Source: Squalus acanthias
Lineage: Eukaryota
Assembly: GCA_030390025.1 (NCBI GenBank)
Contig: JASTWF010000365.1
Location: forward strand, 372,001-434,000
Reading direction: 5' to 3'
DNA length: 62,000 bases
Shown: positions 12,650 through 24,169 of the stretch, one piece after another
Layout of the letters: each line of letters begins with the position of its first letter
Position numbering within the stretch: position 1 is the stretch's first letter
The notes under the pieces: generated by a model
Seen by the model: the letters and a program-made list of their open reading frames with translations, nothing else
Databases searched by the model: none
What the model was told of the DNA's origin: nothing
Made by a program: the position numbers and the translations under genes

Positions 12650-12730
12650 CATCGCATTATCATCCTCGCCACTGGTTTCAAAGTAGTGGAGGGGAACGCT
12701 CTCCGTTTTATCAGCTTCAGTTTTCTCAAC
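12650..12730 (-). CDS. NECTIN2: Nectin-2-like delta isoform, cytoplasmic exon (VEKTEADKTESVPLHYFETSGEDDNAM)
   Basis: ccttag|GTT ... ATG|gtgagt, 81 nt, phase 0/0. Joins the flanking exons in frame; PLHYFE resembles human PLKTPYFD. Confidence 0.82.
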
Positions 12731-12837
12731 CTAAGGAAGTACAGGGTACGTTTGAACTTTGCAGGCAACAACATCTGAATCGACAGAGAACAATCCGCAC
12801 ATCTGAGAATCTGTGCTGTTGGGACTTCCAACCGGGT

Positions 12838-13482
12838 GTCAGCCCTGGCTCAGTGGGCAGCGCACTCGCCTCGGAGACAGAAGGTCGTGGGTTCGACCCC
12901 CCACTCCAGAGACCCGAGCTCAAAATCCAGGCCGGCACTGTCGGAGGGACGGTACCGAGGGAGCGCCGCACTGTCGGAGGGACGGTACCGAGGGAGCGCC
13001 GCACTGTCGGAGGGACGGTACCGAGGGAGCGCCGCACTGTCGGAGGGACGGTACCGAGGGAGCGCCGCACTGTCGGAGGGGCGGTACCGAGGGAGCGCCG
13101 CACTGTCGGAGGGGCAGTACTGAGGGAGCGCCGCACTGTCGGAGGTGCAGTCTTTCGGATGAGACGTTAAACTGAGGCCCCGTCTGCCCTCACAGGTGGA
13201 TGTAAAAGATCCCACGGCCACTATTGGAAGAAGAGCAGGGGGGAGTTCTCCCCGGTGTCCTGGGGCCAATATTTATGACTCAACCAACATCACTAATAAA
13301 AACCCAGGATGATCTGGTCATTAACACATGGCTGTTTGTGGGAGCTTGCTGTGCGCAAATCGGCTGCCGCGTTTCCCACATTACAACAGTGACTCTACAG
13401 CCAATGAAGTACTTTTTGAAGTGAAGAGTTTGGGGACATCCTGAGGTGGTGAAAGGCGCTGGAGAAATGCAAATTCTCTTTC
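12838..13482 (+). mobile_element. Deu-domain tRNA-SINE with about 6.5 copies of the 33-bp unit
   Basis: Same head, core and tail as 5750-6676. Carries a copy-specific unit variant (gggacggtaccgagg). Confidence 0.85.
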
Positions 13483-13505
13483 TAAACAACAGGAGCACAA
13501 AATAC

Positions 13506-13566
13506 CTTTCCGATTTCTGTCGAGGTGGGTTTCGGAGGAGGAGGTTTGTGGCTTGGAGGCTCGAAG
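13506..13566 (-). CDS. NECTIN2: Nectin-2-like delta isoform, juxtamembrane exon ((D)FEPPSHKPPPPKPTSTEIGK)
   Basis: ttctactacag|C TTC ... AAG|gtattt, 61 nt, phase 2/0. Resembles human DLEGPPSYKPPTPK. Confidence 0.88.
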
Positions 13567-14054
13567 CTGTAGTAGAAAAAAATATCGACAGATATAAATA
13601 ATGGAATAATTCAGGCAGATGTGACATTGCTCCAAGTATCTTTCAAAGACTTTTTTTTAAGACTTTTTGTTTTTAAGAGGAATACGGAGTAACGGGACAG
13701 GGGTCTGTGTCTGAGACCTCCCATCACCCTGACTCGCACAGTGCGCTCCTGATTCTAGCTAACCCATTAATATCCCCTCGCCTGGTTCTTCAGCCCGCTG
13801 GTAGCTGCTTAGATATAACAGGTTTCCTTCCCCTGAAGGGCATTTCGTGAACCAGTTGAGTTCTTAAGACAAGCCGACAGCTTCAGAAATCAGTGTTGCT
13901 GACGGCGGCTCTTTAAATCAACAGATTTTGCTGACTCACTGTCTCGATTACCAGTCCGGGAACGTAACCACTCCACTACCGTGGCCACATCACAATGCAT
14001 GAAATATTACAGTATCTAGACTGGAGTTCAGGACTGGGCATTGGGATGGGCCGC

Positions 14055-14657
14055 ATAGGATATACGGCACAGAAACAGGCCATTCGGCCCAACCAGTCCA
14101 TGCCGGTGTTTATGCTCCACTCGAGCCTCCTCCCGTCTTTCCACATCTAACTCTATCAGCAGAACCCTCTATTCACTTCTCCCTCATATGCTTGTCCAGC
14201 CTCCCCTTAAATGCATCCATTCGCTTCAACCACTCCTCCCTGTGGTAGCGAGTTCCCCATTCTCACCACTCTCTGGGTAAAGAAGTTTCTCCTGAATTCC
14301 CGATTGGATTTCTTGCTGACTATCTTATATTGATGGCCTCTAGTTATGCTCTTCCCCACAAGTAGAAACATTCTCTCTGTATCCACTCTATCAAAACCTT
14401 TCATCATTTTAAAGACCTCTATTAGGTCACCCCTCAGCCTTCTCTTTTCAAGAGAAAAGAGACCCAGCCTGCTCATCCTTTCCTGATATGTATACCCTCG
14501 CATTTCTGGTATCATCCTTGTAAATCTTCTCTGCACCCTCTCCAGTGCCTCTATATCCTTTTTATAATATGGTGACCAGAACTGTGCGCAGTGCTCCAAG
14601 TGTGGTCTAACCAAGGTTTGATACAGGTTTAGCAATAACTTCCCGACTTTTCAATTC
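14055..14657 (-). mobile_element. CR1 LINE 3' fragment with little decay
   Basis: Uninterrupted ORF 14207-14635: LYQTLVRPHLEHCAQFWSPYYKKDIEALERVQRRFTRM...RRNFFTQRVV. Confidence 0.93.
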
Positions 14658-14845
14658 AGGGAAAATTCTCTGAAGTTGGATTCCCAATTTGGGTTTTCGT
14701 AGCACGGCGATGGGAGTCAGGAACGTTGGAGAACGGAATGCTGCCTCGTTACAGGCCTCAGAATCAACCATTCCCCCGGCAGATACAGCACAGGGTCACT
14801 GTCGGGCCTTAGACGAGTGTTGCCAGGCAACAGCTGCGCTTCCCA

Positions 14846-15708
14846 CTTCCTGTCCCCCCCCCCCATGGCGACGCTTCCTGTCGTCCCCCCCATGGCGACG
14901 CTTCCTGTCCGTCCCCCCCATGGCGACGCTTCCTGTCCGTCCCCCCCATGGCGACGCTTCCTGTCCGTCCCCCCCATGGCGACGCTTCCGGTCGTCCCCC
15001 CCATGGCGACGCTTCCTGTCGTCCCCCCCATGGCGACGCTTCCTGTCCCCCCCCCCCCATGGCGACGCTTCCTGTCCCCCCCCCCCCGGCGACGCTTCCT
15101 GTCCCCCCCCCCCCCATGGCGACGCTTCCTGTCCCCCCCCCCATGGCGACGCTTCCTGTCCCCCCCCCCATGGCGACGCTTCCTGTCCCCCCCCCCATGG
15201 CGACGCTTCCTGTCCCCCCCCCCCATGGCGACGCTTCCTGTCCCCCCCCCCCCATGGCGACGCTTCCTGTCCCCCCCCCCATGGCGACGCTTCCTGTCCC
15301 CCCCCCCATGGCGACGCTTCCTGTCCCCCCCCCCCATGGCGACGCTTCCTGTCCCCCCCCCCATGGCGACGCTTCCTGTCCCCCCCCCATGGCGACGCTT
15401 CCTGTCCCCCCCCCCATGGCGACGCTTCCTGTCCCCCCCCCCATGGCGACGCTTCCTGTCCCCCCCCCCATGGCGACGCTTCCTGTCCCCCCCCCCCATG
15501 GCGACGCTTCCTGTCCCCCCCCCCCATGGCGACGCTTCCTGTCCCCCCCCCCATGGCGACGCTTCCTGTCCCCCCCCCCCATGGCGACACTTCCCGTCCC
15601 CCCCCCCCATGGCGACACTTCCCGTCCCCCGTCCCCCATGGCGACACTTCCTGTCCCCCCGCCCCCCATGACGACGCTTCCTGTCCCCGCCATGGCGACG
15701 CTTCCTGT
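14846..15708. repeat. 27-30-bp minisatellite catggcgacgcttcctgt(C)n, about 30 units
   Basis: Constant 18-nt core followed by a variable C run. Confidence 0.95.
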
Positions 15709-15975
15709 TCTACTCAACAATTGCACCGTGATCACTGAGCGACATTTGAAGCCAGGGCCCACTCTGACCTAGGGGAATATATTTAGCGTTGGTCTCCCCA
15801 AGGCCAGCAGCCCTGGCGGACATCCATCCCATCAGCCTGGGCTGGGTTTGAGCCCGGGGACCTAGAGGCGAAAGGTCGGAGGCCAACCCACTCCACCCCT
15901 CTCTCCTTGTGAATGAAGCATCTGGTGAAGTAGAGAAAGAAGTCGGTGAACTTTGAACGCCAGCTCTGTACTCAC

Positions 15976-16114
15976 TCGTCATCGTCGGCAGTTGCATTCT
16001 TCCGCTGTCTCTTAAATATCAACACCGCCGTCACCAGCACAGTCAGGATGACGATGGCCGCAATGATTCCTCCCACAATGGCTCCAGTCGTCGAACCTGA
16101 TTCCAAGGGATTCT
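15976..16114 (-). CDS. NECTIN2: Nectin-2-like delta isoform, transmembrane exon ((E)NPLESGSTTGAIVGGIIAAIVILTVLVTAVLIFKRQRKNATADDD)
   Basis: gtgtctcag|AG AAT ... GAC GA|gtgagt, phase 1/2. Hydrophobic helix followed by a basic stop-transfer. Resembles human GGIIGGIIAAIIA...RQQRK. Confidence 0.92.
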
Positions 16115-16181
16115 CTGAGACACGGAGAGCAAAGGAGAAACAGAGTGAGTCACATATTCCCTCCACACCTTCCCAGTAAAC

Positions 16182-16519
16182 ACAGCACGGGGTTAGATAC
16201 AGAGTAAAGCTCCCTCTACACTGTCCCATCAAACACTCCCAGGGCAGGTACAGCACGGGTTAGATACAGAGTAAAGCTCCCTCTACACTGTCCCATCAAA
16301 CACTCCCAGGGCAGGTACAGCACGAGTTAGATACAGAGTAAAGCTCCCTGTACACTGTCCCATCAAACACTCCCAGGGCAGGTACAGCACGGGATAGATA
16401 CAGAGTAAAGCTCCCTCTACACTATCCCATCAAATACTCCCGGGGCAGGTACAGCACGGGTTAGATACACAGTAAAGCTCCCTCTACACTGTCCCATCAA
16501 ACACTCCCGGGGCAGGTAC
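16182..16519. repeat. 67-bp tandem repeat, 5 copies (acagcacgggttagatacagagtaaagctccctctacactgtcccatcaaacactcccagggcaggt)
   Basis: ttagatac recurs at 16193, 16260 and onward with period 67. Confidence 0.93.
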
Positions 16520-16818
16520 TGACGAAGGAGCCGTCTTTCAGATGAGACTTTAAACCGGGTTCTCTCGGGTTGATGTAAAAGATCCCACGGCCACCATCGG
16601 AAGAGCAGGGGAGTTCTCCCCGGTGTCCTGAGGCCAATATTTATCCCTCAACCAATATCACTAAAACAGTTTACTGGTCATTATCACCTTGCTGTTTGTG
16701 GGAGCTTGCTGTGCGCAACTTGGCTGCTGTGATTCCCCACATTACAACAGTGACTCCACTTCATTGGCACTTCCGGAGGTTGTGAAAGCTGCGATAGAAA
16801 TGCAAATTCCTTCTTTCT
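16520..16818 (+). mobile_element. 5'-truncated Deu-domain SINE
   Basis: Core and tail present (gccgtctttcagatgagac...tgtttgtgggagcttgctgtgcgc...atagaaatgcaa). Confidence 0.8.
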
Positions 16819-17159
16819 CACCAGATCACCTCAATCCTCCTCTTCAGAAACCTATCCATTTCTCCTGTCCCCTTCGATCTTCATCCCTGGCGACTTATTT
16901 CTGAATTTGATTGCCCATTGCGTTTCCAAGCTCGTGGGATCTGAACTCTTCCTCAAGTGGACAAGTCGCATTCCTTCTGCGACATTTTCAGTCACCTTCC
17001 ATACAACTGAAATTCAGAACCCCTGGGACAGTCTCTGCTGTGTCTCTCCCACCGCCCCCCCCCCCCACCTCCCCAAAGAGCCAACTTACTTTCCAAGTCT
17101 GATGGAGATGCTGTCCTGGCTGGCCTCCCATCTTACACCCTCCAGAACCTTGAGTTCAC

Positions 17160-19445
17160 CCTAAACTCGGCTGCCCCGTGTCCTAACTCCCCCCAAGTCC
17201 CGTTCACCCATCAGCCCCTGTGCTCGCTGACCTACATTGGTTCCCGGTCCGGCAACGCCTCCCTATCTCTGTAACCTCCTCCAGCCCCGACAACCCTCGC
17301 TATCTCTGTAACCTCCTCCAGCCCCGACAACCCTCCCTATCTCTGTAACCTCCTCCAGCCCCTACAACCCTCCCCATCTGTAACCTCCTCCAGCCCCTAC
17401 AACCCTCCCCATCTGTAACCTCCTCCAGCCCCTACAACCCTCCCTATCTCTGTAACCTCCTCCTTCCCACTACAACCCTCCCTATCTCTGTAACCTCCTC
17501 CAGCCCCTACAACCCTCCCTATCTCTGGAACCTCCTCCAGCCCCGACAACCCTCCCTATCTCTGTAACCTCCTCCAGCCCCCACAACCCTCCCCATCTGT
17601 AACCTCCTCCAGCCCCTACAACCCTCCCCATCTGTAACCTCCTCCAGCCCCTACAACCCTCCCCATCTGTAACCTCCTCCAGCCCCTACAACCCTCCCTA
17701 TCTCTGTAACCTCCTCCTTCCCACTACAACCCTCCCTATCTCTGTAACCTCCTCCAGCCCCGACAACCCTCCCTATCTCTGTAACCTCCTCCAGCCCTAC
17801 AACCCTCCCTATCTCTGTAACCTCCTCCAGCCCCTACAACCCTCCCTATCTCTGTAACCTCCTCCAGCCCCTACAACCCTCCCTATCTCTGTAACCTCCT
17901 CCAACCCCTACAACCCTCCCTATCTCTGTAACCTCCTCCAGCCCCGACAACCCTCCCCATCTGTAACCTCCGCCAGCCCCTACAACCCTCCCTATCTCTG
18001 TAACCTCCTCCAGCCCCTACAACCCTCCCTATCTCTGTAACCTCCTCCTTCCCACTACAACCCTCCCTATCTCTGTAACCTCCTCCAGCCCCTACAACCC
18101 TCCCTATCTCTGGAACCTCCTCCAGCCCCGACAACCCTCCCTATCTCTGTAACCTCCTCCAGCCCCCACAACCCTCCCCATCTGTAACCTCCTCCAGCCC
18201 CTACAACCCTCCCCATCTGTAACCTCCTCCAGCCCCTACAACCCTCCCCATCTGTAACCTCCTCCAGCCCCTACAACCCTCCCTATCTCTGTAACCTCCT
18301 CCTTCCCACTACAACCCTCCCTATCTCTGTAACCTCCTCCAGCCCCGACAACCCTCCCTATCTCTGTAACCTCCTCCAACCCCTACAACCCTCCCTATCT
18401 CTGTAACCTCCTCCAGCCCCGACAACCCTCCCCATCTGTAACCTCCGCCAGCCCCTACAACCCTCCCTATCTCTGTAACCTCCGCCAGCCCCCTACACCC
18501 TCCCTATCTCTGTAACCTCCTCCAGCCCCCTACACCCTCCCTATCTCTCTAACCTCCTCCAGCCCCCTACATCCCTCCCTATCTCTGTAACCTCCTCCAG
18601 CCCCCCTACATCCCTCCCTATCTCTGTAACCTCCTCCAGCCCCTACAACCCTCCCTATCTCTGGAACCTCCTCCAGCCCCGACAACCCTCCCTATCTCTG
18701 TAACCTCCTCCAGCCCCCACAACCCTCCCCATCTGTAACCTCCTCCAGCCCCTACAACCCTCCCCATCTGTAACCTCCTCCAGCCCCTACAACCCTCCCC
18801 ATCTGTAACCTCCTCCAGCCCCTACAACCCTCCCTATCTCTGTAACCTCCTCCTTCCCACTACAACCCTCCCTATCTCTGTAACCTCCTCCAGCCCCGAC
18901 AACCCTCCCTATCTCTGTAACCTCCTCCAACCCCTACAACCCTCCCTATCTCTGTAACCTCCTCCAGCCCCGACAACCCTCCCCATCTGTAACCTCCTCC
19001 AGCCCCCTACACCCTCCCTATCTCTCTAACCTCCTCCAGCCCCCTACATCCCTCCCTATCTCTGTAACCTCCTCCAGCCCCCCTACATCCCTCCCTATCT
19101 CTGTAACCTCCTCCAGCCCCACAACCCTCCCTATCTCTGTAACCCCCCCCCCCCGAGATCTCTGCGCTCCTCCAATTCCGGCCTCTTGCGCATCCCCCGA
19201 TTTCCATCGCTCCACCATTGGTGGCCGTGCCTTCAGCCGCCTGGGCCCCGAGCTCTGGAATTCCTTCCCTAAACCTCTCCGCCTCTCTCTCTTCCTTTAA
19301 GACGCTGCTTAAAACCGACCTCTTTGACCCAGCTTTTGGTCGCTTGTCCTAATATCTCCTGATGTGGCTCGGGGTCAAAGTTTGAAGCGCCTTGGGACGT
19401 TTTACTACGTTAAAGGCGCTATACAAATGCATGTTCTTGTTGTTC
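17160..19445 (+). mobile_element. L2-clade LINE 3' fragment containing a 35-37-bp minisatellite (about 17260-19140, about 50 units)
   Basis: L2 sequence flanks both sides (ctcggctgccccgtgtcctaactc ... gagatctctgcgctcctcc...aaggcgctatacaaatgc). Same unit as 11000-11610. Confidence 0.9.
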
Positions 19446-20067
19446 TAAAGGGGCTATGGTTGGTCAGCACCCTGCCAGAAACAGATTATGGTCACAGCCT
19501 CTGGGGGTTGACAGGTTCCTGGTTTAGCCACGCCACACACAGATCTGATAAATGTATCAGCTTCATGTAACGCGATGTGTCGGGGTGTCGAGTCACATTC
19601 CATCGCACACACTGGATCCTCAATCCCGATACATTCGGATACAACATCACAACCCAAGTACATGGTGGACCCAAGCTAGCGAGATTGGAACAGATAGCCT
19701 CAATTCAGTACCATATTTCACCGAGAGATCGAGCACTGTCCGAATCAGCAAGTATTAGCAGCACACTAACAACTGGCTTTTAATTCAAGTCTTTAACGCA
19801 GTAAAACGTCCCTCGGCACTTCACAAGAGCGTAAATCAGACAAAATTTGACCCCGAGCCACATAAGGAGATATTAGGACAGGTGACCAAGAGCTTGGTCA
19901 AAGAGGGTGGTTTTAAGGAGCGTCTTAAAAGGAGGAGAGAAAATGAGTTCGATTTCCACAGTTTGTGAACTACCGGATTGTCGTAAAAACCCATCTGCTT
20001 CACTAATGTCCTTTAGGGAAGGAAACCTGCCGTCCTTACCTGGTCTGGGCCTATGTGTGACTCCAGA

Positions 20068-20708
20068 AACTTAACTGGACCAGCCACATAAATACTGTGG
20101 CAACAAGAGCAGGTCAGAGGCTGGCTATTCTGTGGCGAGTGTCTCACCTCCCGACTCCCCAAAGCCTTTCCACCATCTACAAGGCACAAGTAAGGAGTGT
20201 GATGGAATACTCTCCACTTGCCTGGATGAGTGCAGCTCCAGCAACACTCAACACCATTCAGGACAAAGCAGCCCGCTTGATCGGCACCCCATCCACCACC
20301 TTAAACATTCACTCCCTCCACCACCGGCGTACCGTGGCTACAGTGTGTACCATCTACAAGATGCACTGCAGCAACTCGCCAAGGCTTCTTCGGCAGCACC
20401 TCCCAAACCCGCGACCTCCACCACCTAGAAGGACAAGGGCAGCAGGCGCATGGGAACACCACCACCTCCAAGTTCCCCTCCAAGTCACGCACCATCCTGA
20501 CTTAGAAATATATCGGCCGTTCCTTCATCGTCGCTGGGTCAAAATCCTGGAACTCCCTACCTAACAGCACTGTGGGAAGTACCTTCACCACAAGGACTGC
20601 AGCGGTTCAAGAAGGCGGCTCACCACCACCTTCTCAAGGGTGATTAGGGATGGGCAATAAATGCTGGCTTTGCCAGCGACGCCCAGATCCCATAAGCGAA
20701 TAAAAAAA
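20068..20708 (+). mobile_element. CR1-group LINE (second family) 3' fragment inserted into a SINE
   Basis: ATRAGQRL...LSTIYKAQVRSVMEYSPLAW...IQDKAARLI. The host SINE sequence gtgactccaga|cccacagcaatgtgg is split around it. Confidence 0.85.
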
Positions 20709-21104
20709 GACCCACAGCAATGTGGTTTACTCTCAACTGTCCTTTACTCTTAACTGTCCTCTGAAATGGTCCAGCAATCACTCAATTACCACACGGACTG
20801 CAGTGGTTCAAGGTGGCGGCTCACCACCACCTTCTCAAGGGCAATTCGGGCTGGGCAATAAATGCCAGCCTTGCCAGCGATGCCCACATCCCAGGAACGA
20901 ATTTTAAAAAATGTAAAAGTGACCGTGAAACTGTCGGATTGTCGTAAAAATCCAACTGGTTCACTAATGTCCCTTGAGGGAAGGAAATCTGCCGTCCTTA
21001 CCCGGTCTGGCCTATATGTGACCCCAGTCCCAAACCAATGTGGTTGACTCAACAGCCCTCTGAAATGGCCGAGCGAGACACTCAGTTGTATCAAACCGCA
21101 ACCA

Positions 21105-21672
21105 TCTGGAGTGACTGCGTTCAGTTTTGGGCACCGTACCTCAGGAAGGATATCTTGCTCTTGGAGCTGGGTGCGGAGCAGATTCAGCAGAATGATATCC
21201 GGGGCTGAAAGGGTTAAATTACGAGGACAGGTTGGCACACACTTGGCTTGTATTCCCTGGAGATTAGAAGATTAAGGGGTGATCTAATTGAGGTGTTTGA
21301 GATGATTAAAGGATTCGATAGGGTAGAGAGAGAGAAACTATTTCCTCTGGTGGGGGGGGGGGGGGGGGGTGGGGAGGGTGGGGGTGGTGGAGTCCGGAAC
21401 CTTAAAATTAGAGCCAGGCCGTTCAGGGGTGATGTCAGGAAACACTTCTTCACACAAAGGGTGGTGGAAATCTGGAACTCTCTCCCCCAAAAAGCTGTTG
21501 AGGCTGGGGGTCAATTAGAGCTTTCAAAACTGAGATTGATAGATGTTTGTTGGGTAAGGGTATTAAGGGATATGGAACCAAGGCGGGCAGATGGAGTTAA
21601 GATACAGATCAGCCGTGATCTCATTGAATGGCGGGACAGGCTCGAGGGGCTGAATGGACTCCTCTTGTTCCA
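21105..21672 (+). mobile_element. CR1 LINE 3' fragment
   Basis: YSLEIRRLRGDLIEVFEMIKGFDRV...RKHFFTQRVVEIWNSLP. Confidence 0.9.
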
Positions 21673-22102
21673 GTGTTCCTACCACAGGGAAACCTACGAG
21701 CGGTCAAGACCCTCGGATGAGGAGAAAACATGAGCAGCAGAATCAAATAGAATTTCTAAAACGTTTTGACGGCGTTGGCAATTTTTTTTTTTATACATCT
21801 TCGGCCAAGATGTTTATTCTGGAGGCTACAAGACACAGTTGAGGGGATTGGACGGGTTTCCAGTTCCGGTTATTGGCAGACACGTGCATGACATAAAATA
21901 GCAGGTCCGAGAACAGAACGTGAGTCATTTTGAAACAAGAAGGGCGCAGATCAAAAGCTACTGATGTGACAGAACCTGCTAAATAGGTTTTGTGGCGGGT
22001 GGGAAACGGAGCAAAACAGGGCTTAAGGTTCCAGAAAGTCTGGCGAGTGCCTACAGGCCACGTGTGTGTACAGGTGAGGGGGAGGTAGGTCCGGTCGACC
22101 GG

Positions 22103-22813
22103 TCAGCAGCCTTTGACACGGTTGACCACTCCATCCTCCTCCCAACACCTCTCAACCGTCGTCCAGCTGGGTGGGACTGCACTCGCCTGGTTCCATTCTT
22201 ACCTCATCCAGGCCTTTGTTACCTCGAGACTTGACTATTCCAACGCACTCCTGGCTGGCCTCCCACATTCCACCCTACGTAAACATGAGCGCATCCAAAA
22301 CTCGGCTGCCCCGTGTCCTAACTCGCACCAAGTCCCATTCACCCATCTCCCCTGTGCTCGCTGACCTACATTGGCTCCCGGTTAAGCAACGCCTCGATTT
22401 CAAAATTCTCATCCTTGTTTTCAAATCCCTCCATGGCCTCCTCACCCCCATCCCTATCTCTGTAATCTTCTCCAGCCCCACAACCCCCCGAGATATCTGC
22501 GTTCCTCTAATTCTGCCCTCTTGAGCATCCCGGATTATAAAATCACTCGACCATTGGTGGCCGTGCCTTCTGTTGTCTGGGCCCTAAGCTCTGGAATTCC
22601 CTCCCTAAACCTCTCCGCCTCTCTCTCCTCCTTTAAGATGCTCCTTAAAACCTACCTCTTTGACCAAGCTTTTGGTCGCCTGTCCTAATATCTCCTTATG
22701 TGGCTCGGTGTCAAATTTTGTTTGAGAATCGCTCCTGTGAAGCGCCCTGGGACGTTTTACACGTTAAAGGCGCTATATAAATACAAGTTGTTGTTGTTGT
22801 TGTTGTTGTTGTT
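22103..22813 (+). mobile_element. Internally deleted L2-clade LINE with a (ttg)n tail
   Basis: The RT segment AAFDTVDHSILL...GTALAWFHSYL is fused directly to IQAFVTSRLDYSNALLAG, followed by LHWLPVKQRLDFKIL. Confidence 0.88.
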
Positions 22814-22857
22814 GTGTGTCTACAGGTGAGGGGGAGGTAGGTGTGTGTACAAGTATG

Positions 22858-23375
22858 GGTACAGTAGCATAGTGGTTGTGTTACTGGAATAGTAATCTAG
22901 AGGCCTGGACTAATGATGCGTGAGAAGCAAGTTCACGGCTGCGGTGGAATTTAAATTCAGTTAATTAAACAAATCTGGAATAAAAAGCTAGTGTCAGTAA
23001 CTATCGGATTGTGGTAAAAACACATCTGGTTCACTAATGTCCTTTCGGGAAGGAAATCTGCCGTCCTTACCCGGTCTGGCCTATATGTGACTCCAGACCC
23101 ACAGCAATGTGGTTGACTCTTAACTGCCCTCTCAAATGGCCTCGCAAGCCAGTCAGTTGTACCAAACCGCTACTGCAGCAGAGAGAGTCATAACAGCACA
23201 GGAGGAGGCCATTCGGCCCATCGAGTCCGTGCCGGCTCTCTGCAGAGCAATTCGAGTCAGTCCCACTCTCCCGCTCTATCCCCGCGGCGGCTCACCACCA
23301 CCTTCTCCAGGGCAATTAGGGGTGGGCAATAAACGCTGGCCTTGCCACATCCCGCAAATGAATTTGAAAAAAAAA
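22858..23375 (+). mobile_element. Second tRNA-like SINE family with a nested CR1 tail (about 23175-23285)
   Basis: Head tagcatagtggtt. Core ggttcactaatgtcctt...ctgccgtccttacccggtctggcc...cccacagcaatgtggttgactc also occurs at about 19945-20905 and 20915-21100. The tail is shared with the second CR1-group family. Confidence 0.7.
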
Positions 23376-24169
23376 GTGAGGGGGGAGGTTGGTCCGGTGT
23401 GTGTTCAGGTGAGGGGGCTTTAGGTCCGGTGTTTATTAAAAGTGCCAATCCGTTAATAGCCGACAGGCTCTCAGTGGTTGGAGTTTCCCTTGGCCAACTG
23501 GTTCAGTTTCTATTCAGCTCAAATGGCAGAGACCGAAACAATAATAAGCAAACACTAATAAAACAATAAACCAACCCAAACACCAAGAATGGATTCATTA
23601 GCGCCGAGGGCCCCCATCTGCCCTCTCAGGTGAACAGTAAAAGATCCCATGGCCACTATTGGAAGAAGAGCCAGGGGGAGTCCACCCCGGTTGTCATGGG
23701 GCTAATATTTATCCCTCAACCAACATCACTAAAAAAAAACCAGATGATCTGGTCATTATCACGTCTGTGGGAGCTTGCTGTGCATAACCTGGCTGCCGCG
23801 TTTCCTACATTTCAACTGTAACTACGCTTCAACTAAGTACTTCATTGGCACGCCTCGAGTTGAAAGGCGCTGTAGAAATGCAAGTCTTTCTAGTTTTCGT
23901 GAATTCTTCCAGCTACTTCCTCGTGATTCTGGGAGGTGGAGGCGTGGGAAGGGCTTATCAGCCGTGTCACGATCAGGAAGCAGGTGAGTAACCACCGAGA
24001 GTGCCGTTCCCCCCAAAAACAGACTGCAATCAGACACCACAGGCCGAAACTCTGACTACTGGGACTAACAAATGATTGGAATGTTTACAGGAAGCACCGC
24101 TCCATCGAGAGGAATCTGCTCAATATCTTTCGCAATCAGATGGCAAAGCGAGTAGTGACAGGCAGGCGC

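Noticed and set aside
14689..15772. Pro-rich and Gly-rich ORFs in all six frames
   Set aside because: Minisatellite whose variable C runs shift the frame; no splice or protein-family support.
16518..16545. ctgacgaaggagc resembling a hammerhead core
   Set aside because: No stem II partner or GAAA follows. It is a decayed SINE segment (ctgtcggaggtgccgtctttc).
22069..22842. 22-bp direct repeat flanking the L2, read as a target-site duplication
   Set aside because: More units occur at about 23377-23430, so it is a pre-existing tandem repeat.
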